A stretch of 64,000 nt of DNA. Source: Promethearchaeota archaeon (GTDB taxonomy: Archaea; Asgardarchaeota; Lokiarchaeia; Sigyniarchaeales; SOKP01). The stretch covers positions 1 through 64,000 of the forward strand of contig JAUVNS010000001.1 of the NCBI GenBank assembly GCA_030599585.1. Direction: 5' to 3'. The notes below the pieces were generated by a model. It saw only the letters and a program-made list of their open reading frames with translations, was not told the origin of the DNA and ran no database searches. Numbering within the stretch: the stretch's first letter is position 1; every line of letters starts with the position of its first letter. Shown piece after piece: positions 40,599 to 49,696 of the stretch. The position numbers and the translations under genes are program-made.

Positions 40599-40720
40599 TA
40601 TTTTGAATCATAATTCATATGTGGTTTCAATCACAAACCTTTTTATACTAGAGCATTTCTATTTATTACTATTATTTAAAAAAAAATTACAAAACAAACT
40701 TTTTTAAATAAATATAAAAT
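40599..40720 (+). repeat. Right arm of a 122-bp perfect inverted repeat (imperfect extension 40581-40738)
   Basis: Exact reverse complement of 39783..39904. Confidence 0.95.
40620..40647 (+). promoter_or_regulatory. Palindrome TGTGGTTTCAATCACA followed by BRE/TATA-like AACC-TTTTTATA (mirror copy 39856-39883)
   Basis: 16-bp near-palindrome 4 bp upstream of a TATA-like box, present in both repeat arms. Confidence 0.55.
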
Positions 40721-40741
40721 CAAATAAAAAAAAACAAATAT

Positions 40742-41503
40742 GTGGTGTTTAAAACGCGGATAAAACGATCTGAATTTATATTTAATATTATAGTGTTAGC
40801 TCTTTTTGCGATTGTAGCGAGTACTCAAATACTCAGTGCTTATGGGGCTATATGTGTAGTGTGGGATTTACCCCGTGGTCCAGGATTTCCTGTACCCAAT
40901 AGCACGTGGGGTAATGATACAGTCAGAGCTTTAAGTTGGCTATATCAACCATCGAATGTAGTAACCTGGATTGTAGCATTTGCTTACGGCGTTTTGATGT
41001 ACTTATACTTAACGAAAATGCCTTGGAAACGTTTCTTTTTAATTTCTATGGCTGTCGCCTTCGCAGGATTCATTACTGGACTTCTCCCTGCACTTGCCTC
41101 AGATACTTCTGGATTTACTGTTCCGTTTGAGGGAATTGGTTCCCCGAATTGGGGGCGAACAATAGGAAATGCAATAATGATGGTTCTACTTGTTGTGATG
41201 AACTTTGTACCAAGATTAAATGTAGCGACCAAAAAATTTATTGAAGAGCGTAGCATAGCTGGACAATATGTAAAACAAATGATTTTAATATCCTTGTTTT
41301 TCTTCTGGTTAGCAGCGACTTCATTCCTCGGGACACAGTTCATGAGAGATGCTCACGTAGTAGACGGAATTAATATTTGGACTACTGTTGACTTCCAATT
41401 TGCTGGTGGAGTAATTACGACAATCATTGGTGCTTCAATAATGTCAACCGCTTTGATTTACAATCAAATTCGACCATCCTCAGCGCTTATAACAACTAAG
41501 TAA
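40742..41503 (+). CDS. Hypothetical ~6-TM membrane protein
   Basis: 253 aa with hydrophobic helices. Confidence 0.75.
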   Translation: MVFKTRIKRSEFIFNIIVLALFAIVASTQILSAYGAICVVWDLPRGPGFPVPNSTWGNDTVRALSWLYQPSNVVTWIVAFAYGVLMYLYLTKMPWKRFFLISMAVAFAGFITGLLPALASDTSGFTVPFEGIGSPNWGRTIGNAIMMVLLVVMNFVPRLNVATKKFIEERSIAGQYVKQMILISLFFFWLAATSFLGTQFMRDAHVVDGINIWTTVDFQFAGGVITTIIGASIMSTALIYNQIRPSSALITTK

Positions 41504-42290
41504 AAGTAGATAATGCTAAAAATATTATAAATGATGTAGCATTCCGCAAGTAATTGGAGTGTTTAAATTTTTTTTTCTTTTTTTTTTTTCTCATATTTTT
41601 TTCCTTACGTTTGAATTCGCCGTTTTTTGACTTAAACTATCTAAACAACCATCTAAAGAGCATTATTTTTTGACTTTTTAAATTATTTACACGAACATCG
41701 ATGTTTGTTTTAATCACGTGTTATTTATTGATGGTTTAATAAATTCAAGTTGTTAGGATTAATAGTATTTCTATAATTTTTTTTTTCCAATTTAACCCAA
41801 GATTTATGCATTTCACAAATACTTCTTTTTTACATCTAACAACTTAATTACGATATTGATCTTACCTAAAACAACTTAAGAAAATGAATGCATATGTTCC
41901 AAATTAAGGCTAAAATTCCTGTTATTTTAACAATTATTGGATATTGATTATCATTCATTAAAAAAAATAGAATTATTTCTTATGAAAATAAATTAGAAAA
42001 ACGAATTTGAGAAGTGTTGTTGAAAGTGTTGCTAATCAATATAGTATTGATGATATTATAATGGTAATTGACTAGTCATAGGTTTAATCGAGAAAATTGA
42101 CCTTAAATTTCCTCTTTTAACAGAGAAAAGATGGAATATTTCCTGAACGATATAATGATTATATTTCTCATTAGTTAATTAAAATAGGAAGGAAAAAATT
42201 GTGTTTTATCTAAATAAAAATCATATTAGTTGTAAGTTAAAAAGTAAGAAAATAAAACAAGTAAAAAAATTTGTTTTTATTTAATTTTGT

Positions 42291-42977
42291 TTAAAGTTTG
42301 TGTTTACCTTCTAATTTTGGTACGTTTTTTTGTCCTAACAGTGGTAACGTGTAAAGTAATACAATTACGACTATCGTCGAGATAGTTGCCGGCATAGCTG
42401 CTTCAGCGAAGGTTAGATGTGGGTTATAGTATGGTAATCCAACGTAATAATGCTCTGTTAGCGAGCCCCCGAGGGAACATTTAACATCTACAGTAATATT
42501 AGTCCGACCTACACCTAGAAATGGTACATATCTTTCGAAGTTTTCGTCATATGGTGGATTATCTATCACATCTCCGGTTTTCTGGAGTCCTGGTAAAGGA
42601 AGTCTATAAATAGCTATTGTGTGAGAGACTGTGATGGGAGTCACATGAGTTGGTTGTTCAGAGTAGGTGAATGTATAATTAGGCGCTACTGTAGGAAGTA
42701 TGGCAATAGCATAATTATCCTGATCATCGAAATGATATGTGTGTTCTATATGACGTTGCCATACTTGTGTGACATTAACCCACACATCTATTTCGTATAT
42801 ATAGTGGACCGTAGGATCAGAAATTCCGTGCGTAAGTCTAATGGCAAGTTCTCCATCTGCTACAGAGTATTCTAAATCAATATTTATAGGCGGATGCGCT
42901 CTCGCGTTAAGAACGCTCATCGTAGCACCGAGAAGCAAAAAAACAGACAAAACGTAAAATATTTTTTTTTTAGACAT
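42291..42977 (-). CDS. Secreted, membrane-anchored His-motif beta-sandwich protein (putative metal-binding)
   Basis: Signal peptide; mature N-terminal HPP; THG...HYI; C-terminal TM helix. Confidence 0.65.
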   Translation of the reverse strand: MSKKKIFYVLSVFLLLGATMSVLNARAHPPINIDLEYSVADGELAIRLTHGISDPTVHYIYEIDVWVNVTQVWQRHIEHTYHFDDQDNYAIAILPTVAPNYTFTYSEQPTHVTPITVSHTIAIYRLPLPGLQKTGDVIDNPPYDENFERYVPFLGVGRTNITVDVKCSLGGSLTEHYYVGLPYYNPHLTFAEAAMPATISTIVVIVLLYTLPLLGQKNVPKLEGKHKL

Positions 42978-43253
42978 GTTAATTCGTTTTTTTTTTTTAA
43001 AATATAAATTTATGAATTGTTAAAATAGTTTAGCAATTTAATATTTTTACATTTTCATTGAGAAAAATTACAACCTCCTTGAATAATTTCACGCTTTAAT
43101 CACGTAAAGGTAATTTTTGCACATTGTTTAATATGGCTTGAGTTCGTATTACTTGAGTTCTTACTAATAAAAAAAAAGAACACATAACACTTACATTCAG
43201 TTTAAATATATTATAGAATAGAATAAAAAAAAAGATCGAACAAATTAATCAGA

Positions 43254-44495
43254 TTAATCTTTTTTAAGATATTTTAAGAGAACTACGAGGACGATAGCTA
43301 TGATTAAGGGAACGATGATTCCTAATGCCAAAGTTAATTGGGCGTTAAAAATTTCGTAAACATGAGTCGAAATTGGCGCTCCAATGGCTACTCCAGTAAC
43401 TATCAGAGCATAGAATGCTCCTGTAGCTAAACCGCTCTCGGAACCCTTGGTTTTCTCTTTAACAGCACCTGCTGAAGATGGAAAAATCAATCCATGCCCT
43501 AGACCAAGGAAGACCATACCAATCATAGGTATATACATAGGTATTGGGATTTCGGGGGAAATTATGAAAACTCCAAATGCAGATGCTATCAACAATAATC
43601 CTATTAACATTACTTTGGTATAACCTATTTTGTCGCTCAATATACCTGCTGGATAATGAATTATTATCGAAAAAATAACCATTATACTAAGTATCATTCC
43701 CGTTTGACCAGCAGTATAGGCTGCAGACTCCAGTATTACCGTATAAGCCGCTGTAACAATTCCCATGTTAAACATCATTGCTAACATCGAAAAATAAGGA
43801 CTTATCATGGATTTTCTAATGACGATTTCTCTAAATTTTTTGATTTCCTTGCGGAGGTTTAATTTCTCTTTAGACGGGTGATAAATCTCAGGAAGAAGTA
43901 GCGATGTAAATGACATAACGAATAATATAATTGCTATTATGAAAAATAAATTGCTTGCTCCAATTATTTGAGCAACTAACCCACCTAACATGAACCCTAC
44001 CAAATTTGAAAATCCGATGGACATTCCATATAGTGCCATCCCCCTTCCGCCCCTTTTCTGGGAAGTAGCGTCTGATATATAAGACATTGTAGCAGGCCCT
44101 CCAAAACCTCCTCCTATTCCGTGAATTATCCTTCCAAATAAAAGGAAAAAAGGGTCTTGCGCTAACGCATATAGAAGCATTGATACACCATCTAAAAATA
44201 TCCCGAAAGCTATTAATCTTTTTCTGCCGAATCTGTCCACTAACCTTCCAAAAATTAAATTTGAGGGAATATGGACCATGGAGTAAATTCCTACAATAAA
44301 TCCCATGAATAATAACGAGGCTCCTAAATCTAACGAATACGTGGCAATTATCGGAATTGCTGCGTTGCTGTCAAAATTGACCAGAAATGATAATGTAAGT
44401 GCTAAAAAAATATGTTTTTTTTCAATTATCAGATTTTTATGGCTTTTCTCTTCTGTAACACCTAAAGAATCTTGTGAAATCTGTTTTCTCACCAA
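43254..44495 (-). CDS. MFS transporter
   Basis: About 12 TM; GRLVDRFGRKR motif A; GILSDKIG. Confidence 0.92.
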   Translation of the reverse strand: MVRKQISQDSLGVTEEKSHKNLIIEKKHIFLALTLSFLVNFDSNAAIPIIATYSLDLGASLLFMGFIVGIYSMVHIPSNLIFGRLVDRFGRKRLIAFGIFLDGVSMLLYALAQDPFFLLFGRIIHGIGGGFGGPATMSYISDATSQKRGGRGMALYGMSIGFSNLVGFMLGGLVAQIIGASNLFFIIAIILFVMSFTSLLLPEIYHPSKEKLNLRKEIKKFREIVIRKSMISPYFSMLAMMFNMGIVTAAYTVILESAAYTAGQTGMILSIMVIFSIIIHYPAGILSDKIGYTKVMLIGLLLIASAFGVFIISPEIPIPMYIPMIGMVFLGLGHGLIFPSSAGAVKEKTKGSESGLATGAFYALIVTGVAIGAPISTHVYEIFNAQLTLALGIIVPLIIAIVLVVLLKYLKKD

Positions 44496-44607
44496 AATTA
44501 GTTTTTCTATTTATTTTCCTGTTAACATACTGAAATTTCACATCAAAATTAAAATTTTTTGTAATAAATCAAATTATTTTAATGTTAGTTTTTATTATGT
44601 TAAGTGA

Positions 44608-44949
44608 ATGAACATGACTCCTTCTAAAAATCGCCTAGAACAAGAATACGAAACAATTAAAACTATGATTCAAATGTATTGTAAAAAGGTTCATGACTGT
44701 GAGGAAGGATTATGTCAAGAATGCTCTGATCTTCTCAAATACGCTGAAGAACGATTGAATAATTGTAAATTTGGTGAAGATAAACCCCCATGTGATGCGT
44801 GCTCAATTCATTGTTATAAACCTGACATGAGGGAGAAAGTCCGAGAAGCGATGCGTTATGCCGGGCCACGGATGATTTACACGCATCCTATTATGGGATT
44901 TAGGCACTTGTTTAAAAAAATGAAAAAAAAAGAAAATTTAGATAAATAA
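44608..44949 (+). CDS. YgbA family (nitrous oxide-stimulated promoter family) protein
   Basis: E.ETI..MI.MYC...H, C.EC..L..YA..RL..C.FGE.KP.C..C.IHCYKP.MRE. Confidence 0.9.
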   Translation: MNMTPSKNRLEQEYETIKTMIQMYCKKVHDCEEGLCQECSDLLKYAEERLNNCKFGEDKPPCDACSIHCYKPDMREKVREAMRYAGPRMIYTHPIMGFRHLFKKMKKKENLDK

Positions 44950-44973
44950 GAATTCCAGAGTTTTGTTTGAATT

Positions 44974-45795
44974 TTAATTATAAATTATTTTTGTCAGTTC
45001 ACTTTCTTGTCCTTTTAGATGGTTCTTGAGAACGCCCTTCTTGTTCATTGAGAGGATAACTACTTCAAGACCTTCTTGTATTTGATCTTTAATTGAGATT
45101 AGTGAAAACAATTTACCCTGCATCTTGCCAGAAGCATCTTTGCTAGTTTCTTCCTCCGTCTTGCCAAATAATTGTTCAATCTCATTGATATTTATTTCCC
45201 TAAGCAATTGTGCGTGCTCTTCCAATTTTGGGTCTTTATCGAACACGCCAGATACATCTGTTGCAAATATTAGTTGTTTAGCGCGTAATACACGTGAAAG
45301 AACGACAGCTAATTGATCTCCACTACAAACGCTAAAACCCATGGTCTTATCGTACATCATATCTCCTCCTATTAGTGGAACCATCCCTAAAGATAAAAAG
45401 CCTTTTAAAGAGTTAAATGTATAATCAGCTATCGCCATCTTATCACCTACAATTATCGAAGAGGCGTGCATCAAGTTAATAGGAACCCCTTCCTCAATAA
45501 ATGTGATCGCAATCGTTTTTCGAAGCTCATTCACGATTTGCTGCGTTTTTGACATAGAGATTAATTGATCTTTGTTTCTAAACCCCTTATGAAGGTTGTA
45601 TTTTAACACTGGAGGATGGCCGAAAGAACCTACTCCGTGGACAATCACAAGATTTTTGATTAATCCTAAATCAATACATTCTTTTATTTCCGCGGCAACC
45701 GCCTTTATAACACTTTCTCTAAGTTTGTACGGGGTTGATTTGTCCGTAAACAATGAACCGCCAAGCTTTAAAACAATTAAGTCTTCTGCCGTCAT
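44974..45795 (-). CDS. Isopentenyl phosphate kinase (amino-acid kinase family)
   Basis: KLGGSLFTDK, VHGVGSFGH, SGDQL, TDV.G, DASG.M.GK. Confidence 0.88.
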   Translation of the reverse strand: MTAEDLIVLKLGGSLFTDKSTPYKLRESVIKAVAAEIKECIDLGLIKNLVIVHGVGSFGHPPVLKYNLHKGFRNKDQLISMSKTQQIVNELRKTIAITFIEEGVPINLMHASSIIVGDKMAIADYTFNSLKGFLSLGMVPLIGGDMMYDKTMGFSVCSGDQLAVVLSRVLRAKQLIFATDVSGVFDKDPKLEEHAQLLREININEIEQLFGKTEEETSKDASGKMQGKLFSLISIKDQIQEGLEVVILSMNKKGVLKNHLKGQESELTKIIYN

Positions 45796-45815
45796 TTGTA
45801 TTCCTAGATATTATA

Positions 45816-46616
45816 TTAGAAAATAGTGGGATAAGGCCAGAAGGCTGGAACTGCAAATTCAAGTATCAAGGTCGTGATTATGACCGCCACAAAAATTGTG
45901 AAATTATCTGAATTCTTAGGTGATATCGCTTCTACTATCGTAGCAATTATACTAACAACTATTATCGGCAAAATCAGAGTAGCTATATCAAAACTCGGAA
46001 CTTCTAGAGAAAAAATTAAGACGAGAATAGAGCTTACTAATATCGATCCAACCAACATGCCTATACTTCCTATAAAGGTTTTTTCGCTCCCCTTGATTCC
46101 AATCTTTTTCCTCCCAAATTTACGCCCTATTATATCAGCTAACCCATCTCCACCGGAAACACATCCAATTATAAGTAGAGCAGTAGGATTAGCGTTACTT
46201 ATACCGGTAGACGGTACGTAAAACCAGAAATATGTCATTAACACCATTACAATTGAATAGTAGAGCGTTCCTTGTAGAAGTTCTCGAGGGTCTCCCGATC
46301 TCGACATTGATGCCACAAAACTTTCGTTCTTTATAACACCAATACCGATAGTTATGAATTGTAATACGAATAACAACGGCACTATTACAGCTATATAATG
46401 ACTAACAATCTCACCTGAAAAGAGCATCCATGTAACTACGAATACGGGACCTACTAAAATATGCACAAGTTTCCTCGTAATGATCGGTGAAACTTTTCCC
46501 TTTTTCTGAATATAAGCGACAATCTGAACTATAGCTAATAGTATTACAATAGATATGACAGTCGCCACTAAATCCCAAACAAAAACCAAATTACTTCCAA
46601 ACGGATTAAATACCAT
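45816..46616 (-). CDS. Phytol/farnesol/dolichol kinase-like CTP-dependent polyprenol kinase
   Basis: RKLVHI..GP, SMSRSGDPRELL.G.LYY, GDGLADIIGRKFG, KT..GS, DN. Confidence 0.85.
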   Translation of the reverse strand: MVFNPFGSNLVFVWDLVATVISIVILLAIVQIVAYIQKKGKVSPIITRKLVHILVGPVFVVTWMLFSGEIVSHYIAVIVPLLFVLQFITIGIGVIKNESFVASMSRSGDPRELLQGTLYYSIVMVLMTYFWFYVPSTGISNANPTALLIIGCVSGGDGLADIIGRKFGRKKIGIKGSEKTFIGSIGMLVGSILVSSILVLIFSLEVPSFDIATLILPIIVVSIIATIVEAISPKNSDNFTIFVAVIITTLILEFAVPAFWPYPTIF

Positions 46617-46771
46617 GTTTAATCACTATTTACATTATATAATTATTTTATGATAGAATTAACTCCTAAAAATCTTGGAAAATATAAAATTCATTTGGTT
46701 TGGTTTCAAATAAAAAATATAAAAAAATAATAAATAAAAAAAAATTTAGTTTAGTTTCTTAAATTTCTTGA

Positions 46772-47071
46772 TTACATATTGATAATGGAATCGTTTTCGA
46801 AAATTATGTCAATTACCTCATCAGAAGCAACCAGTCTGATTTTATCAGAAATAAACTTATTGAGTCCCCGAATATCTATGTGCTCTTTACAAGCAGCAAC
46901 TTTTTTCTTTTGATTAAGCGCTTGTGAAATTGCGCTATTAGATTTATTCGCAAAATAGACTGCGTTTTGAAGTAAAAGGATTGTAACGTCGTCGTCGTCT
47001 GTGTGTTCCATTGCAAGCTCTACGCCTGTAATATCTTCACTCGTTATAAAATATAACACTTTTTTGCCCAT
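46772..47071 (-). CDS. DsrH/TusB-like sulfur relay protein
   Basis: ILLLQNAVY, IRGL; last gene of a DsrEFH-like trio. Confidence 0.75.
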   Translation of the reverse strand: MGKKVLYFITSEDITGVELAMEHTDDDDVTILLLQNAVYFANKSNSAISQALNQKKKVAACKEHIDIRGLNKFISDKIRLVASDEVIDIIFENDSIINM

Positions 47072-47086
47072 TTTTTTTCAATCCTC

Positions 47087-47431
47087 CTAGAATGGTATGG
47101 TTACGGATGAATCCGCAATTATTTTTAATATCTCTCCATGTTCTTTTACTTCAACTTTATCGATGAGATCGTCTTTAGTTAAACCACGCTCATCAAGCGA
47201 TTTCTTGTCAACAAATATATCTAAATCAATATTTCTAATAAAATCTATGTGCATAGCGTACATTGTTTTATCGACATCCTTTGTAAAGGTGTAAACAGCG
47301 TCGTTAATCGCAATTGTAATCGGGTCGAAATCAGCACTAACAGCAACCGTCATTCTTAGTCCTTCAACGGGATATAGCGTCCCGTGAGGAGGTTGCCGTA
47401 AAAGTATAACCACATTTTTTTCTTCTGCCAT
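47087..47431 (-). CDS. DsrF/TusC-like protein
   Basis: RQPPHGT....EGLR, DAVY, SL.ERGL. Confidence 0.8.
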   Translation of the reverse strand: MAEEKNVVILLRQPPHGTLYPVEGLRMTVAVSADFDPITIAINDAVYTFTKDVDKTMYAMHIDFIRNIDLDIFVDKKSLDERGLTKDDLIDKVEVKEHGEILKIIADSSVTIPF

Positions 47432-47442
47432 TTTTTATCACC

Positions 47443-47823
47443 TTAACAAATTACTACAAGTCTATCGGTTTCTTCTATAATTTTAGCAAGATCGGGAGTT
47501 CCTGCCCGTTTCACATCGCCGCACTCTTTTTTTAAACAGTTTTTCATAGTTCCTCTAACTAAGAGACATAGATTACACAATCTTATCGTAGCTCCCTTAT
47601 TTAGAATTTCTCTGAAACCCTCTTCAATATTGAAAATTCCTTCAATTTTTTTCTGATTCTCTAAGAGTGCATTTACGGCATCCATATAGCAAAAGATACG
47701 AACTTCGTGTCCTTTGTCTAAGGCAGCATCAGCTAGTTTAACCACTGTTTCAGAGGCTTGTGTTTGGTACGGCCCATCAAAAAAAAGAATACCTAATCGA
47801 GACATTTTTTTTGTCAACTCCAA
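47443..47823 (-). CDS. DsrE/TusD-like protein
   Basis: GPY...S...LA.AAL..GHEV.IF.YMDAV, C.LC...RG; real start probably ATG 47805. Confidence 0.85.
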   Translation of the reverse strand: MELTKKMSRLGILFFDGPYQTQASETVVKLADAALDKGHEVRIFCYMDAVNALLENQKKIEGIFNIEEGFREILNKGATIRLCNLCLLVRGTMKNCLKKECGDVKRAGTPDLAKIIEETDRLVVIC

Positions 47824-47826
47824 TAC

Positions 47827-48861
47827 TTAATCTTTTCTCATGAAGAGAAGATACGCCATTATCCAGGATCCAAACATAATGCAAGCGCCAGTTATAATGC
47901 TGTGTAGTGAAAGTTGTGGAACACCGCCTAAGATGTTCGTAATATTACATCCCATAGCTGTTACTGCGCCAAATCCCATTAAAATTCCGCCAAAGAACTG
48001 CTTCAATAATGTAAAAGCATTTTTTGGAACTCTTAATTTAAATTCACCGGCAATAACAGCAGCAATGAGCGATCCAAGAATAGCACCAACGATAATGAAA
48101 CCTGGCCACGCAAGTGGATCATTTAACGTAAGCCATTTGCTTATATCCATCCAGCCACCAGTAATACCTAGTACTCCTTGACCTGCAATATATGCGATTA
48201 TTCCAACTATTCCAATAACGATTCCAGTAACCCACCAAGGATATCCCTTTTTAAAAATGGATTCAAAGACGTTATCAAATTTAACTAAAGGTTCTTTAGT
48301 TTCCCTTCTCTTTTTTAGTGCTGGCCATGCCCAGAAATAGAACATTAATGCCATACCGACTAAACCTAAAATAAGCATAAAAATCGGTGTGAGTTCTCCC
48401 GCTTCTCCGAAAAGTGTAAGAGGTGCGCCTGTTCCAATTGTAGTCGTTTGTAAGGCAGTTTTCAGTTCAGTTAAAACACCACCTGCAGTCATTAAAGCTC
48501 CTGTAGTCAACCCAAAAGCAGCTACAACTGAGCCCATCATGCCTTCTCCTACGCGGTACGTAGTTCCACTAGCACATCCGGCCGCAAGAACCATTCCGAC
48601 ACCAAATACTAGACCGCCAACAATTGCCCCCCATATTTTTAAGGGTTTTGGAGCTAGAGTTATTACTCCGCTCATAGCAAAAATAGCGAATCCCACCATC
48701 AAAACTGCCAATGCCACAACAACTGCTTTTGCCAATTTAAACTCTTTTAAGAGAATTATATCTCTAAAAGCAGAGTTCATGCAAAATCTTCCGCGTTGCA
48801 ACACGAAGCCAAAAAGAGCTCCAACTAAAAGTCCAACAATTAAAGCATACATAAATTCCAT
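47827..48861 (-). CDS. YeeE/YedE (TsuA/FdhT-like) sulfur- or selenium-compound transporter
   Basis: QRGRFC, FG.GM.LA.GC.SG, MGFGA..A.GCN (three conserved Cys). Confidence 0.9.
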   Translation of the reverse strand: MEFMYALIVGLLVGALFGFVLQRGRFCMNSAFRDIILLKEFKLAKAVVVALAVLMVGFAIFAMSGVITLAPKPLKIWGAIVGGLVFGVGMVLAAGCASGTTYRVGEGMMGSVVAAFGLTTGALMTAGGVLTELKTALQTTTIGTGAPLTLFGEAGELTPIFMLILGLVGMALMFYFWAWPALKKRRETKEPLVKFDNVFESIFKKGYPWWVTGIVIGIVGIIAYIAGQGVLGITGGWMDISKWLTLNDPLAWPGFIIVGAILGSLIAAVIAGEFKLRVPKNAFTLLKQFFGGILMGFGAVTAMGCNITNILGGVPQLSLHSIITGACIMFGSWIMAYLLFMRKD

Positions 48862-48876
48862 AGTTGTTTTTACACC

Positions 48877-49110
48877 TTATTTTATTTTTATCAGGATTTG
48901 CCACTCAGATTTCCCTGTCTTTTCCGACGAGACTATTTCATGACCTAGAGACTCCATAGTTTCAGGAATTCTCTCAGCAGAGAGAGGATAATCTACTAAA
49001 ATCTTTAAGACTTCTCCTGACTTCATTTTCTTCACTTTTCTTTTACTTTTTACGTCTGGATATGGGCATACTTCGCCCGTAACATCCAATGTTTCAGTTA
49101 TATCAACCAT
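48877..49110 (-). CDS. TusA/SirA/YedF family sulfur carrier
   Basis: LDVTGEVCPYP, GE.L.ILVD. Confidence 0.9.
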   Translation of the reverse strand: MVDITETLDVTGEVCPYPDVKSKRKVKKMKSGEVLKILVDYPLSAERIPETMESLGHEIVSSEKTGKSEWQILIKIK

Positions 49111-49696
49111 TTTTTATAAACCAGTATGTTTTGTGTTATTTTTTTGAATATCTATTCAATAATAATAGATAATTGTGATCATATTCAGTTGCATTTAAAA
49201 TTTGTTAATAATCATTCAAAAAAGAGCCCTACTTTCACGAAAAACTGTTTCTTTTATGCCAAATTTGCTAAATTAATTTTTTTTAAACAACATTGCATCA
49301 AAAATTAGAAGTTTTATGCATATCTGGAACTTTAAGAATAATTATTCAAAAATTATTAACCCATTCTGTTTATATTTTGTTAGAATACATTTTTTGTATC
49401 ATGACTATTTATAACTTCATCGCAAAGTAAAAATTGCTTTTTTAGCTAACTCACAAAATTTATCGATGTATCTTTCTCTAAATTATCATTATCTGGTTTT
49501 TTATGATCAAATATGAACTTTTATTTAGAGATTTGAAACTTTTTACCGTAGCAAAGTTACGGAATCAGAACTTTCTGTAAAAAAATATGATAAAATTTAA
49601 ATTAAAACAAATTAAATAAAATAGAATCAAATTTTAAAACAAATTAACAAATTTAGAAACTTAATTAAAAAAAAAAAAAAAATTGGAAGATGAAAA

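Noticed and set aside
40401-40613. 70-aa ORF inside the inverted-repeat spacer
   Set aside because: No recognisable motif, TTG start, runs into the repeat arm; not a recombinase or transposase
41504-42290. Long AT-rich intergenic region
   Set aside because: No ORF, repeat or stable structure I could support
48389-48943. 184-aa plus-strand ORF, and the other antisense ORFs in the track
   Set aside because: Antisense shadows of well-supported genes, with no motifs
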